Under the pieces are notes generated by a model. It was not told the origin of the DNA. It saw only the letters and a program-made list of their open reading frames with translations, and ran no database searches. From positions 1 to 64,000 of the forward strand of contig NZ_MWQY01000016.1 in NCBI RefSeq assembly GCF_002087085.1: 64,000 bases of DNA, in the 5' to 3' direction. Both the position numbers and the translations under genes were made by a program. The number at the start of each line of letters is the position of its first letter. Position 1 is the stretch's first letter. This document shows, piece by piece, positions 1 to 11,700 of this stretch.

Positions 1-302
1 GCGGGGATGTGCAGAACGTCGTTGTACCGATGATGGAGACCGAGGGGCTCAAGGGGCTCGATTTCACCATTCCCCAGAACCCGAACTGGGAGGTAATCCG
101 GGACGCCGCCGCAGGCAAGGTTCCCCTCTGCCTGCGGCATTTTTACTGGGACCACGGAGACAAGGCCCAGATGGACCTCGCGGAGTATACGAAGATGGTT
201 CTTGATTATTTCGGCAGACGGGGAGTGATGATTCAGACCTCAACCCCCGACGCGGAGGCTGCAGTTCCTTTAAGTAGGGAACTGTCTGAGATCTGCCTGT
301 AA
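1..302 (+). CDS. Partial CDS (C-terminus), hypothetical; possibly uroporphyrinogen-decarboxylase-like
   Basis: Frame open from the window edge to TAA at 300-302; host-like high GC; family guess is weak. Confidence 0.5.
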   Translation, partial: GDVQNVVVPMMETEGLKGLDFTIPQNPNWEVIRDAAAGKVPLCLRHFYWDHGDKAQMDLAEYTKMVLDYFGRRGVMIQTSTPDAEAAVPLSRELSEICL

Positions 303-418
303 AATCTGGTTATTATTATAATCTCAACACCGGAGGAAAGACTTGGTCCGCTTTCAATCGAATATGACATTTCCTTTGCACCTGTCTGAATACAGAGCTC
401 CGTTGATAATTTCTCTCT

Positions 419-679
419 TCATAAGATTTCTGCTTGTGACCTTAATGTTTCTTGTAATAAATTCACATTAAGATTTCTAGGTGTTGAGTCATTAGCAATG
501 GATAGTGCTGCTGCTACGCCAGCAGCATGCCCATTTGCCATACATTGAGCCATAACCCTGACTGAACCAGAACTTACATGTGTCGCGGAAACTATTCTTC
601 CTGCTGCAAGTAAATTATCAATTTTTAAGGGCAATAAACACCGATAGGTAATACCGAAAGAACCGCCATCCTTTGATCG
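419..679 (-). pseudogene. C-terminal remnant of an FAD-dependent oxidoreductase (FAD_oxidored family)
   Basis: Frame reads RSKDGGSFGITYRCLLPLKIDNLLAAGRIVSATHVSSGSVRVMAQCMANGHAAGVAAAL after an in-frame TAA; N-terminal part absent; AT-rich. Confidence 0.75.
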
Positions 680-807
680 TTACTAATTATACTGGGCATA
701 TGGTAGGGTGGTTTATGCTAAAAATAAACACTCCTGAACTTGGGTCTTACCATGGCACCAATCAATTCTTGGAAAATTCGAGAACAGAGTCGCATTTCCG
801 GTGGACA

Positions 808-3546
808 TTATTTCCACCCTTTCCTTAATTCCTGAATCTTTTCATGCTTATTTACAACCTCTTTCCAAGTGTCCCAGTCCTGAGGGACTCCGTCCATTTG
901 CTCGTATCGTCCTTGGAAAGGATTCTTTGCCTTGTTCTGAAAGTCTTCGATGTACTTCTGAGCTTCTTCAAGATCCTCAATGGCAGCTTTAATCCAGACG
1001 TTTTGCAGGACCTCCGGGATTTGGCCAAAAAGGGCGTGGATTGCCTGGAGCCTTCCAGATAGGCGTTCGTGGACTTTGTCCTCCACAGAATCTTTATACC
1101 TGAGATTGAGAATTTCAATGGTTTCCAGATGCTGACCGATGCGCTGTATACGGCCCTTTCGCTGTTCAAGTCTTGTCGGGTTCCACGGAAGGTCAATGTT
1201 AATCAGAGTCCCCAGGCTCTGGAGGTTAAGCCCCTCGGCTGCCGCATCGGTTCCCACTATGAGACGTATGGAATGGTCCTTTACTCTGGCTTTAATCTCT
1301 TCTCGCTCTCGTTTATGGAATTGACCTTCAATCCAGATACCGGATTTACCACTACCAGCATAGAGGCCAATGTATTGATCCGGGTAATGTTCTACAATTC
1401 GCTCCCCGATATACCAGGCTGTATCGTAATACTGTGAAAACAGAATGCAGCCTTTTTTCGCGAAGTCATAATAATTCAAATATTCTATTATTGTATCGAG
1501 CTTGGGATCTGCATCAATCTGGGAGCGCCCCATTTCCAGATTCTGCAGGCACTGTTGGAGAAGAACCTTTTCTTCACTGGTAAGTGTCTTAAGTTCTGTA
1601 CTTTCAGTTCCCGGTATATCATCCATAAAATCGAAATAGTCGTCTTCCTCCTCTAATACGATACTATCGGACCAGTTATTAAGAAGCACACGCACAGTAT
1701 TGATACCTGCCTCTAGGGAGCTTCCGATCCGGCGTAGGAGTAGGGTTTTAAAGAATCCCGCGGATTTCACCCGGGCTGCAAGGGCTTTACAGAAATCTTC
1801 AGCTTGTTTATAGGCTGTGTACAGGTAGCTTTGCAGGGGAATCGCTTCGTCATAAAGTTTTATATTGATTTTCTGCAGATACGGTTGATTGGTTTTGGGG
1901 TCAATGGTGGCTTCAAGGTAATCCCTGGTGCGTTTGATAATACTTCTGAGAAAAGGGTGGTACCTTGTAAAAAGCTGGGATGCCGCCAGGCTGATCGGGA
2001 CTTTAGCTGCAACAGGAAGGTTATGGTAGTTGGTGTACTCTCCGCTGACATAGGCTTGAGTATCTTTTAGATGCAGCTGTAAACGTGCTTGTCTAAAGGC
2101 ATTATCTTCCCAGGATGGTGGAAAAGGATTTCTTAACCATTCCCATCGGTCGGTTTCTGAGCGAGGAGGCACGGCGTCCCCCAAAAGGTAGGGCAGGGCC
2201 TCCTGTGGTTTCCGCCAGTTACTTCCTGTTCCACCGAGAACATGATCACTGCCATAGGATAGCAGGCGAAGCAAGTCCCAGGCCTCAATAGGATGCATCT
2301 GGACAGGAGTTGCTGTCCCGAACAACATGGACCGGGTTCGACTGGAAATTTCCGAAAGAAACGCATAAAGCTTGTTCCCTTCAGCTTTGGGATTCCGAAT
2401 AGGCTCTCCGATTTTATCCTGGGAAGGAAGTTTCCGCCTTCGGGCCCGATGGGCTTCGTCAACAATAACTCCTTCCCACTCAAGGGAAAGTAGCTGTTCC
2501 GACGCGTTGCTACCTTGGATAATAAGTCCCTGAGAAACAAGACCTATTTTGCGCGGGCACTGTGTAAGTGGCTTGGTCCCCATTGCTGGGTACTCAACTC
2601 CATTCTCATCTACCCAGCACTTACCATTCCATACAGCGGAAGGTACCTCCATTAGGTCCATAAGCTCTGTCTGCCACTGCTGCATAAGCGTTTTGGGCAG
2701 AAGCACCAGAACCGGCTTTTCGGAACTCAAAGCCATAAGTTGTGCAGCCATACCCAGCTGAATGGTTTTACCGAGTCCCACTTGGTCGGCCAGAATATAG
2801 CGGGCGCCGATTTCCGTATGGGCTTTCCAGAAGCTGGCCACAAAATAGCGCTGATGGGGCCACAATCCAAACTGTGTTCTGTACACCGGGGATTCCACCA
2901 GCAATCCTGCGGGGTTGGGCTTCTTTTTCCACTGCTCAATATCCAGCTCTCGGCGGTCAAGGAGTCGTTCCACCTCTTTAATAACTGTGTCGCTTAATGG
3001 AACCGCTCTGGAATCTTGCCACAGTTCGTCGAAACGCTGCTGGACCCAGTCGCATGCCTCAGGACTGTCGTCTTCCCATACCAGTTCATAGTTCAGATTC
3101 CAACCGGAGAAGGTTTCGTTTGCCGATCCAAGAAAACTGGTCCTGCGGCCTCCTTCGTATCGGATTACTCCGGCCTTTCCATGGACCAGACCAAAAGCTT
3201 CGTTGGGAAGCACCCGTACCTGGAGATCCCTCTTCTGCAGCAGGTGGTATAGACGTTTTAGTCGTGCTTTTCCTTCTGCGGCAAGATGTTCGGCGTCATG
3301 TTTGAAAAACGAAATTTTCTGGGCTTGCTCAGCCCTCTGAGCGGTTAGAATATCCTGCGGATTCAGGTCTGAATTGCAGATAATTCTGATTGGTCCGTTG
3401 ACCTCTTCAAAGGCTTCCCCTGCAAACTCCAGCAGGGAGCTGTCGAAATACCCGGCAATCCGATCGTAACTCAAGGCGTTCTTAAGTCGCTCCGGTAGAA
3501 AGCTGGTACCCTTCTTTTCTCGATGGAACACATAGCGATTGATCAT
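808..3546 (-). CDS. PLD-nuclease + SNF2 helicase (restriction-like anti-phage system)
   Basis: HGKAG...GSAN PLD motif; LADQVGLGKT, DEAH, TATP, EGLNLQ, QRKGRIQRIGQ helicase motifs; overlaps upstream MTase stop. Confidence 0.92.
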   Translation of the reverse strand: MINRYVFHREKKGTSFLPERLKNALSYDRIAGYFDSSLLEFAGEAFEEVNGPIRIICNSDLNPQDILTAQRAEQAQKISFFKHDAEHLAAEGKARLKRLYHLLQKRDLQVRVLPNEAFGLVHGKAGVIRYEGGRRTSFLGSANETFSGWNLNYELVWEDDSPEACDWVQQRFDELWQDSRAVPLSDTVIKEVERLLDRRELDIEQWKKKPNPAGLLVESPVYRTQFGLWPHQRYFVASFWKAHTEIGARYILADQVGLGKTIQLGMAAQLMALSSEKPVLVLLPKTLMQQWQTELMDLMEVPSAVWNGKCWVDENGVEYPAMGTKPLTQCPRKIGLVSQGLIIQGSNASEQLLSLEWEGVIVDEAHRARRRKLPSQDKIGEPIRNPKAEGNKLYAFLSEISSRTRSMLFGTATPVQMHPIEAWDLLRLLSYGSDHVLGGTGSNWRKPQEALPYLLGDAVPPRSETDRWEWLRNPFPPSWEDNAFRQARLQLHLKDTQAYVSGEYTNYHNLPVAAKVPISLAASQLFTRYHPFLRSIIKRTRDYLEATIDPKTNQPYLQKINIKLYDEAIPLQSYLYTAYKQAEDFCKALAARVKSAGFFKTLLLRRIGSSLEAGINTVRVLLNNWSDSIVLEEEDDYFDFMDDIPGTESTELKTLTSEEKVLLQQCLQNLEMGRSQIDADPKLDTIIEYLNYYDFAKKGCILFSQYYDTAWYIGERIVEHYPDQYIGLYAGSGKSGIWIEGQFHKREREEIKARVKDHSIRLIVGTDAAAEGLNLQSLGTLINIDLPWNPTRLEQRKGRIQRIGQHLETIEILNLRYKDSVEDKVHERLSGRLQAIHALFGQIPEVLQNVWIKAAIEDLEEAQKYIEDFQNKAKNPFQGRYEQMDGVPQDWDTWKEVVNKHEKIQELRKGWK

Positions 3547-6452
3547 GGATCGGTATTCCCTGCGGCAAAATCATTGGTAATACGCCCTTGCAGAAGTTCA
3601 GTGTATTCCAGTTCCATCTTCCAGTGTTCCAGGTGCTGGTATGCCCGTCCTTCCAAAAGAAAGGCCAGAAGAGCAAGAATGTCTTCTCGCCTTGACCAGT
3701 AATCCCGTCGGGCGGATTTAAGATAGTTAAAACCCTCGCGGACATCCTGATGTATCGTGGCCAGGTGGATGGAAAATAGCAGATGTCGCAGCAGGGAATC
3801 GCCCCAAAGGCCGTCGCCCAGCTGGTTCTTCTTAAACTCAGCGGGTGTCTTAAAGCGGGCTTCGTTGGCTGCGGAATTACCCAGCAGAAACTTGTACTCG
3901 CTTACCCCAAAACCCCGGGCAAGCTCCATGTAGGCTCCGTTCCGCAGTTCACCGTGGCGCTCCAGCTCCAGACCCCGCAGATAGAGCCGTTCGTAGCTGT
4001 TCAGGTTGGCCCACACATGACGGGATAGCCCCCGGGGAATGAGATACCCCGCAGCAATACTGACTGCGCGGTCGATGATCAGTTCGAAGGGGGACTTTTC
4101 CCCTTTCTTCCTGCTGCGGAATAGCTCGTGGCGGATATCCTGTCCTTCGATGTCAGCGTAACTGGTGAGTACCCTGAGGGCGGCGGCATAGGCTCCCAGC
4201 TGGTAATCTGTATCTCCAAACTGGGGCATAAAACCCTCATCCACCCGGTGCATCTGATCCAGCTGACGCTTTACCTCGTCGTCCACCATGGGGTAGAGTT
4301 CGTCCAGGAACACGCTATTTTGCTCAAGACGCTTTCGCAGTACCAGCAACACGGTCCCCTGTACGTAATTGCCTTTTTTAAGCCCCGAGCTGGTCTCTGT
4401 GCCGATGGTCCAGGCTGCTGTGACCTTTAATCCCGCCGCCCAGAGAATCATACCCAGGTCCGCCCATACACCCGCGTTCTGATGGGTAAACATGACTACT
4501 TGAAAGCCGTTATCCGGCATGTTCCTGGTAAGGTTAGCGTAGATATCCACCATACTGCGTTTAAAGTCCTCTCCGGAGCCTTTGACGGCTAGGGCAGATT
4601 TACCATCTCTGTTCCAATTTGAAAAGATCTTAGGAAGATGCTTTTCATACCAAGACAAAAAATAGTCAGCCAATTCGTGATAATTTACCGCGTCCGCATA
4701 TGGGGGGTCTGTTATCCATAAATCACTTGGAACTACGACCTGAGTCGCATCAACTGCAAGAATAGTATTTCTTTCATGAAAAGTAATCTGATCAGCTATT
4801 GAAGGGAGTCTGATATATCTATCTTGCATTAAAATGGATGGAATAACCGGAAAATTTAGAATTGGATTCAATGCTTGATTGGCGAAAGAAGGCGTTACAA
4901 CACCGATTCCTCCAGATTTTGCTAATTGAGATTGCCAACGTGCTAACTTTGAATTTGCATCTACAGCGTTACTCATTGAGATAATGCTTCCAATTTTTTC
5001 TTCTATATTCTTAAATGAGGTTACAGATTTCATGTACAGCCCGTGCATCAATAACTGTCGCGGATGAAACAGGTGATGCCAGTGGGTCCAGCCACGCTCC
5101 CGAATAGGTTGAGACGTGTTGTATCCCGGCTCAATTATTTTGGAGGGGATATACCCCCAATTCTGCCAGTCGGTAAAACGCTCTCTCAGTAAGGCCAGCA
5201 CTTTCTCTTCCCGTTCTAGGTCCTCCTGGCAAACTGATCTGTATTCCCGCTCCCCCTCCTCACTGACCCAGCGCACACAATAGAGCCGTTCCTGCAGGGT
5301 GTCTTCGGGGCGTGGAACTATGTCCTGGTTCTCCCATAAGCGAAGCCCGTAAACCGTGCCCCCCTCAGCGGTTTGCCGATCTCCCCTGATGGAAGCCATG
5401 CTGTATATGTTGCCGGTTTCAGGGCAAACCAGGGAGCTGCTCTGAACTGTTCCCATTTTGGCTTTTACCATCTGGTCTTTGCTGGCCCCGGTAACAATCT
5501 CTATATCATAGTTGCCTTTATCATCGTTACGGTGCAGCACCGCTACCACTCGATATTTTTCGCTGATGATCCAGCTGGGAGCAAGCGGGACCCACAATCC
5601 GGTGGCAGGGCTTTTAGCCTCCACGCAGTATAAATAGGCATCTGCCCGAAAGCCCCTGCCGTCGTGTTCAATCCCCCACTCAGCTATCTGTTTGTCCGCA
5701 GCCTCCCAGGCAGCTTTTTGGGCTGCTTTCACCTGCTTTTGGACCTCAGGGCCACCCCCTATAAGGTTAATGGCTGCCCAGGTTAAAAGCGCCGCCACGG
5801 GGTTCAAATCACTTCCGTAAGCTTCCAGCCCAAGCCTGGCAGCCTCGAATGGGATGCTGCCGCCGCCGCAAAAGACATCCCCGACCCGGGCGGTATGCTT
5901 GTAGATTTTTATGGATAACTCATTCAGTAGTTCATTCAGGTTCCCTGCGCTGGTTCTCAGGTGTTCATTTATAATCTTCCAGCTTTCATCCCCCGGGCCG
6001 TCTATTTGCTCCGGACGCTGGCAAAAGTTCAACTTGTCATCATAGCTTAGCCTGTTGAAAGCCAGTCGCTCAAGCTGCTCCCTATTCTCCTTGGTTACCC
6101 CGCTTATCCAGGAGACCTTGTCTCCTGAGTAATCGAGCATCCCTTCAGCTTCTTTTGCAGATACCAGAGAAGCAATTGTCTTTGTTCCCAGGGCTTTGTT
6201 CTTTCGCTTCCACAACCCCTCTGGGTCCATGGTCAGAATCCGTAAGAAGACCTCCTGGTCCTTTGCTGGATCACCGGAGGCGGGCATCAGGAGTCCGACT
6301 ATTACCGCTCTGACTAAAATCAACGGTTTGCGGCCCCACCACTTGCCCAGACCGGTCAATGTTTGACCGGCCCCGGCTTTCCGCTCTTTGTAGCTCTCGG
6401 CACTTAATAGTGCCAGGGGAAATTGTGTTTCAATAAAAGGGGTGTGGGGCAT
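3543..6452 (-). CDS. DUF1156-family DNA amino-methyltransferase
   Basis: KWWGRKPL N-terminal motif, DVFCGGGSIP motif I, TDPPY motif IV. Confidence 0.92.
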   Translation of the reverse strand: MPHTPFIETQFPLALLSAESYKERKAGAGQTLTGLGKWWGRKPLILVRAVIVGLLMPASGDPAKDQEVFLRILTMDPEGLWKRKNKALGTKTIASLVSAKEAEGMLDYSGDKVSWISGVTKENREQLERLAFNRLSYDDKLNFCQRPEQIDGPGDESWKIINEHLRTSAGNLNELLNELSIKIYKHTARVGDVFCGGGSIPFEAARLGLEAYGSDLNPVAALLTWAAINLIGGGPEVQKQVKAAQKAAWEAADKQIAEWGIEHDGRGFRADAYLYCVEAKSPATGLWVPLAPSWIISEKYRVVAVLHRNDDKGNYDIEIVTGASKDQMVKAKMGTVQSSSLVCPETGNIYSMASIRGDRQTAEGGTVYGLRLWENQDIVPRPEDTLQERLYCVRWVSEEGEREYRSVCQEDLEREEKVLALLRERFTDWQNWGYIPSKIIEPGYNTSQPIRERGWTHWHHLFHPRQLLMHGLYMKSVTSFKNIEEKIGSIISMSNAVDANSKLARWQSQLAKSGGIGVVTPSFANQALNPILNFPVIPSILMQDRYIRLPSIADQITFHERNTILAVDATQVVVPSDLWITDPPYADAVNYHELADYFLSWYEKHLPKIFSNWNRDGKSALAVKGSGEDFKRSMVDIYANLTRNMPDNGFQVVMFTHQNAGVWADLGMILWAAGLKVTAAWTIGTETSSGLKKGNYVQGTVLLVLRKRLEQNSVFLDELYPMVDDEVKRQLDQMHRVDEGFMPQFGDTDYQLGAYAAALRVLTSYADIEGQDIRHELFRSRKKGEKSPFELIIDRAVSIAAGYLIPRGLSRHVWANLNSYERLYLRGLELERHGELRNGAYMELARGFGVSEYKFLLGNSAANEARFKTPAEFKKNQLGDGLWGDSLLRHLLFSIHLATIHQDVREGFNYLKSARRDYWSRREDILALLAFLLEGRAYQHLEHWKMELEYTELLQGRITNDFAAGNTDP

Positions 6453-6461
6453 GGCGGACTC

Positions 6462-8138
6462 CTATTTTGTTATAGTGATGTCGTATAGGCGGGTAAATTC
6501 ATTAATCATCCGCTCTTTCCGTTTCTCAATAAAGAGCTTGTGGTCATCCCATTCCGCGCTGTTCAGATCGGGTAAAAATTTATAATGGTCAAAGAAACTC
6601 TGGTTATTCTGAAAATATTCCTTTGGGTGTTTGTTCTTTTTTTGATTATTGATCTGCCCGGAAATGGCATCGAGGTTCCAAAGAATGTTCACCTCCTGCT
6701 TGTAGTCCTTATCGGGATACAGGCCTTTTGGGAAGATATGCTCAAGCTCGGGGTTTATGCGACCGCTTTTTGTAGAAGAAAACAGGAATACCGTATCCTT
6801 TCTGATGATCTTTAAAGCGAACCAGCTGTTGTTGGCCAAGTCAACTTCCTCTATTTCGGTTCCGCGTTTGTTCTTAGCCTTTACAATGGCTATAACATCT
6901 GCAAGGGGAAAGTCTCCACTCCAGCTTGGTGCATCTGAGATTTCAATAACCTTGCGCGAAGATTGGTCAATATCCCCCTGTAAATTCCAGGCCTTAAGCT
7001 GGGAGATAATAAAGTATTTTTTTACCAGCATTTTTTGTGGTTCGTTCAAATGGTTGTAATCCTTGTTTCCCTTATTCCATAATTTGTAGAAATACACGAT
7101 CAACGGATACAGGGCATATTTTTGAGGAATCAGGGAATTACTGGTGATGTTGAACTCTACTTTTAGAAACTGTTCGAAGAATTTTGTCACAGGTTTCTCA
7201 AAGTTTTCATCCAGGATTCCCAAAATTTCTTGTTGTTCATCTTTACTGGTCTGGCTGACATCGATCCGCAAGTTTCCTTTAACGATTTGGTTTAGAAAAC
7301 GAAGGAGTTCAGATGTGTCAAAAACATAACCACCGGACTGGTTTTCTATTATCTCCGTCAAATCCTTGAGAAAATCATGGATATCGGTGTTACCGACACT
7401 TAAAGTGGAAAGCATAAGTTCGGCCCGGGTAAGGGGAATACCCCCTGTGTTGAGGCGCATGAAAATCTGGTTGACCTTTTCTTCTTTCACTTCATCAACA
7501 ATCCAGGCAACCAGGGGCTTCAGCGAATTGGTTCGGAATGCCATCCATAACTTATGAAAATTGTCCTCAAAAAGTTCCTCCTGCTTTTCGTCCAGATCCA
7601 GGGTAATTTCATTACGCAGTTCCCGCCGAAAAGCGTTTTCTTTTTCAATGTCTTTGGAAAAAAGCCGGTTTAACTTTAACAGGTGAGGTTCGTGAGGAGA
7701 ATTTCGATCGATAAACCTGAAACCCGTATCATCCATATCTACATCAGAATCAGAGAGCAGATCAAAAGCCAATACCTTACCATTGAAGCTATGCCGCAGA
7801 ACGCTGAACAAGGTCTGGAGCCTCTGCTGTCCATCGTAAACAAGATGTTTCGATATACTGTGGACACCATTGTCCTGGTTTGTGGACCTTGTCGTGTCCG
7901 AATCCAGATCCTGAATAAAATAATGAAAAGGGATCTCTTCGTTGGTTTTCCAAAGAATTATAGACCCAATCGGATATCCTTTAAAAACGGAATCAAACAG
8001 GTTGCATATACGTTCTTCTGCCTGATATCGTGTGCCCCACACATAATCTCTCTGGACATAGGGTAAAAAAAAGCCCTGGTCATCTACATTGTTGATTTTT
8101 TTGATTACCTCTAAAACTGAAAATTCCTGATACGCCAC
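6462..8138 (-). CDS. GmrSD-like DUF262 + HNH protein (putative type IV restriction endonuclease)
   Basis: LPYVQRDYVW, PIGSIILW, DGQQR, IFMRLNTGG; C-terminal LEHIFP...NL...N HNH; GTG start at 8138 after GGAGAG. Confidence 0.88.
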   Translation of the reverse strand: MAYQEFSVLEVIKKINNVDDQGFFLPYVQRDYVWGTRYQAEERICNLFDSVFKGYPIGSIILWKTNEEIPFHYFIQDLDSDTTRSTNQDNGVHSISKHLVYDGQQRLQTLFSVLRHSFNGKVLAFDLLSDSDVDMDDTGFRFIDRNSPHEPHLLKLNRLFSKDIEKENAFRRELRNEITLDLDEKQEELFEDNFHKLWMAFRTNSLKPLVAWIVDEVKEEKVNQIFMRLNTGGIPLTRAELMLSTLSVGNTDIHDFLKDLTEIIENQSGGYVFDTSELLRFLNQIVKGNLRIDVSQTSKDEQQEILGILDENFEKPVTKFFEQFLKVEFNITSNSLIPQKYALYPLIVYFYKLWNKGNKDYNHLNEPQKMLVKKYFIISQLKAWNLQGDIDQSSRKVIEISDAPSWSGDFPLADVIAIVKAKNKRGTEIEEVDLANNSWFALKIIRKDTVFLFSSTKSGRINPELEHIFPKGLYPDKDYKQEVNILWNLDAISGQINNQKKNKHPKEYFQNNQSFFDHYKFLPDLNSAEWDDHKLFIEKRKERMINEFTRLYDITITK

Positions 8139-8139
8139 G

Positions 8140-8721
8140 CTACTCTCCAAACAAATCAAGTTCAAAATCGCTGTTTCGTCTTTTAATTACAGAATCCGCT
8201 ATGGGGTTCTCGCAGAGAGCAAATCGTACAGCTTTGCGCCACCCCTTGTTCCGCCCCTTCAAGGCCTGTCCCGTTGCAGCGTTGGTCATGGTGTAGAGCC
8301 ACCAGCGTTCTTCGGGACTTAATCCCAGCCAGTTCCGCAACGTGTTTGGTACCTGAAGGGGGTCCGCATCTTCCACCGCCCAGCACAGAAGCACCAGCTC
8401 TTTACCGAAGTTCTTGTCTATAGTTATCATGCCGCTCTTTGGCCATCGGCCGCTCTTTTTACCGTGACGGATAAGGCGGCGGTTAAACTCATTCTTGGCC
8501 TCTTCGGCAATTTCGGACCATACAGTGTAGCTCAGCAGTACTTTCAGGTCCTGATGCTGAAAACCATCCAAACGCTGATGGTAGGGAACCAGCTCATCGC
8601 TCCACTGGAACTCTTCTGTTATGGCAACCTCCCGGTCCGGTCGGCTCCCTGCAGGAAGATGTACCACAAAGCTGTGAGAGGTCTGGTCCGGCATAAAGCC
8701 GAATCCTATAGTCTGACTCAT
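8140..8721 (-). CDS. DUF3780 protein (restriction-like system)
   Basis: TIGFGF N-terminus; GKELVLLCWAVE, NWLGLSPEERWWLYTMT, GWRKAVRFAL. Confidence 0.9.
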   Translation of the reverse strand: MSQTIGFGFMPDQTSHSFVVHLPAGSRPDREVAITEEFQWSDELVPYHQRLDGFQHQDLKVLLSYTVWSEIAEEAKNEFNRRLIRHGKKSGRWPKSGMITIDKNFGKELVLLCWAVEDADPLQVPNTLRNWLGLSPEERWWLYTMTNAATGQALKGRNKGWRKAVRFALCENPIADSVIKRRNSDFELDLFGE

Positions 8722-11700
8722 CTCTGTTCTACTTCCTGGGGATCGGGAGTAAACTTCTCTTCTTGGGCCCAGTCAAGAAAGGCCTGCCCGGTTTCAAAGC
8801 TGATTTTACCAATGGCTACCTGCACGCTTGCTTCTCCTATAAGTTCCTGGAGGGCTGCCATCAGGGAGGATAGCTCATGGGCGGTTTTTCCTATACCCTC
8901 GGGTAGGGTATAAGAGAGGGTTTCTCCACTATTGTTGTGAATAATGGTCATAAAAACGTTCGCCAGGCGTGCATTGTACTTTGTACATTTTTCAAAAACA
9001 CTGTAAGCATCGGTCTGGGGAATATTGTAATACCTGTTCTCTGTCTTCCAATCCAGGGGCTTATCTGGGGCAACCACTGGTCCAGTTGCAGACTTTACAG
9101 TGAACGTCTCCTTGGCCTGGATATCATCTTTTTGTGCCAGGACCTGAATTAATTGGGCCCCATTAGGTACCAAAAAGTCCCCGTTATATGGCACCCCATG
9201 GGAAAGAGGATTACTGCCGTCGGTGGTATACTTAAGAGGGATTGGCGGAATGGAAAGGGCTTTGAACATGATTTCATCGCCTTGCTGATAAAATTGCCCC
9301 TTTATTGTTACCTGGTTTTTCCAGTATAAAGGTTCCCCGGTAGGACGAGGGTCAGACGAATCATCAACGCAAAGGAAGGTCAGAGACAGCTCCCTTGTGC
9401 GGAAATTCTGATAATCCGTTACTTGCAGGGAAGCGGAACTGGGCTTGTGTTTGCCGATTTCATAGTATACAACCCTTCCTCCTTCGGGAGTGATTTGAAG
9501 GATTGTTTCACCGGTATGCTCGTCTCGGTTTTTAACAATCACCTTCACCCCGGTTGGATCTTTTTCAAAGGGACCTTTTCTAACCTGATTACCTTCGCGC
9601 TTCCATAAACCTACCCGGAGCGCGTGATTGAGGATATCCTCCAGCAGATGCGGATGATGAAACTGCCATGATGTTTTTATAGCTGCTCGTTTAAGGATTT
9701 CATTCCAGATTACCGGATTCTGACCATCGAACAGCCGGGCTTCAACTTTTTTTACCCAGTTATCATTCGCCGGTTCTTCGGAAAAGCTCTGGTTATTCAG
9801 GAGAGTTTTACGGACTTGCTTCTCCGCATCAAAGTTGTTGTCGGTAAAGTTAAGATTGATATTCTCGCTGCGTAATCTATCAAGAGATGGATAGACAATA
9901 AGGGAGAATGTTGCTTGAAGGGAGCTTTTAAGCTGGATCTGATACCGGTCAAGACTTTTATCCGCTTCTTTTACCTGAGGATCATTGGCAGACAACCCAT
10001 CCTTTTTCTGTTCCTCCCGGACCAGGTTAATTGCCCTGAGGGATGCTGCGTTATCCAGAACCTGATCCATTGTGTTTCGGTCTCCAGTGATGAAAAGAGC
10101 CCGGTTTTTGAAGGTTTGCTGATCCCAGAAATCGAACCAGTCAGGGTGCAGAGGCTTCTCTGTACTCGCCCCAGTATAAGGATCAGTAATAATGAGAGTT
10201 GTCCTTGTTTGATCCAGACTCACGGAATCTATAGGTTTGAGTACGGACAAGTTCTGGTAAAGGTCTCCAATCTGAGGTTTGAACATTTCTTCCAGAACTT
10301 TTCTTAAGGATTGGATATTGTTCTCTCGAGTACTGTTTCGCTTAATATCGTAGACCCTTGCCGACAGGTTTTGCACATTCTTAAAGAAAAACCGGCCGTC
10401 CGCAGTCTGGTGAAGGTACCAGGCTCGGGAGGGGAGTACTTCAATTACATCTTTGATCAGATTCTGTACATCCCGCCCAGGGGTGCACATCCAACCGATT
10501 ATTTCCCGGTCTCGCAGACCAAGAATGGGGTTAGTGGATACCGAAAGGGATGCAATAAACAGCAGCTTGGCTACATCGCTGGCATCGCTGTTTTGATATT
10601 GCTCATCAATCTCTTCAGCGTGAGATTTTCCATCATTGGCGATATCGACGCGGATGGCTTCGCTTAAGGACTGATTAATGCGTTCAAATTCCGAGAATAT
10701 ATCATTGTCATTCAGATCAATGTCATATGGATGAATAAGATAACGATTCTCAGCCTTTCCGGTTTCCCACATATTCGAGATAATTGTTCGCATAAGCCGT
10801 AATAGGCCCCGGGTTTGCTGAAAGCTTGGGTTCTCTTTGAAGCGACCATAGAGATTGCGCAGCGAAAAATGAAATGGGTAAGATTCGCGAAGTTCAGCTG
10901 CAAAGGTTTCCGGAGATTCTGAAGTAAGCTCCATATTCTTCGCTTTCTTTACTTCCTCCGAATAAGCAACTGCTACATCATCGATTGCCTTGATCTCCGG
11001 AAGCTTTTCGAAGAGCCGGGTACGCAGAATATTGAAAACTTCATCCCCTACGGTTGCCACCGGCTCGATGATCATGGCACTGCGGTTTGTTTCCTGGGCC
11101 AGATTGTCCAGTGCGGCAGAAACTCCTGCTGCCTTACCATCTGTTTTATAGGCGGTGGCGGAGAGATCGGAGATTACAATAACCACGTTCTGCAGCTCTT
11201 CCTTATTCGCCGCAATCATAAGGTTGGAGAGTGCTGTTGTGGTAATATCTGCCAGATCGCCGTTACCGACCTGTACCGATTTCGCATTCATAAAGTAGGG
11301 GGGCATCTCATCAAGCAGAATTATGGTGGGCTCCCCCTGCAACAGGTTTATCCAAGAGGTAGCTCCTGGGGCCCGCAGTGGTTGGTACAGATCCTGAAAC
11401 ACCTCCTTTTTCCCGAGCTGTTCTGCAATCGATCCCCAAACCCCATAAGGATAATCTGATTCGCGACCATCGAATCCTACTACCCGGATAGGTTCATCCC
11501 CTAAATCGTGATCAGGCCAGAACTTCTTACGAATACTAGGGTATTTTGCCAGTAGGCCCAAAGCCAACATAGAGTGAGTTTTTCCACCCCCCATAGCCTG
11601 GGAAAGGAGGAAGGTCGAAGCTTGATCTTTCTTTCCTGTCAGGCGGTCAAACACCCGATCAACCAGAGACCTCATTCCCTTGGTGATAAAGTTCTCTTCA

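Noticed and set aside
539..548. CATACATTGA matching the integrase-proximal repeat
   Set aside because: Falls on conserved Q-C-M codons of the oxidoreductase remnant; single copy, probably chance.
716..727. TGCTAAAAATAA as the second att site
   Set aside because: Resembles the tRNA 3' junction but is inverted, short and imperfect.
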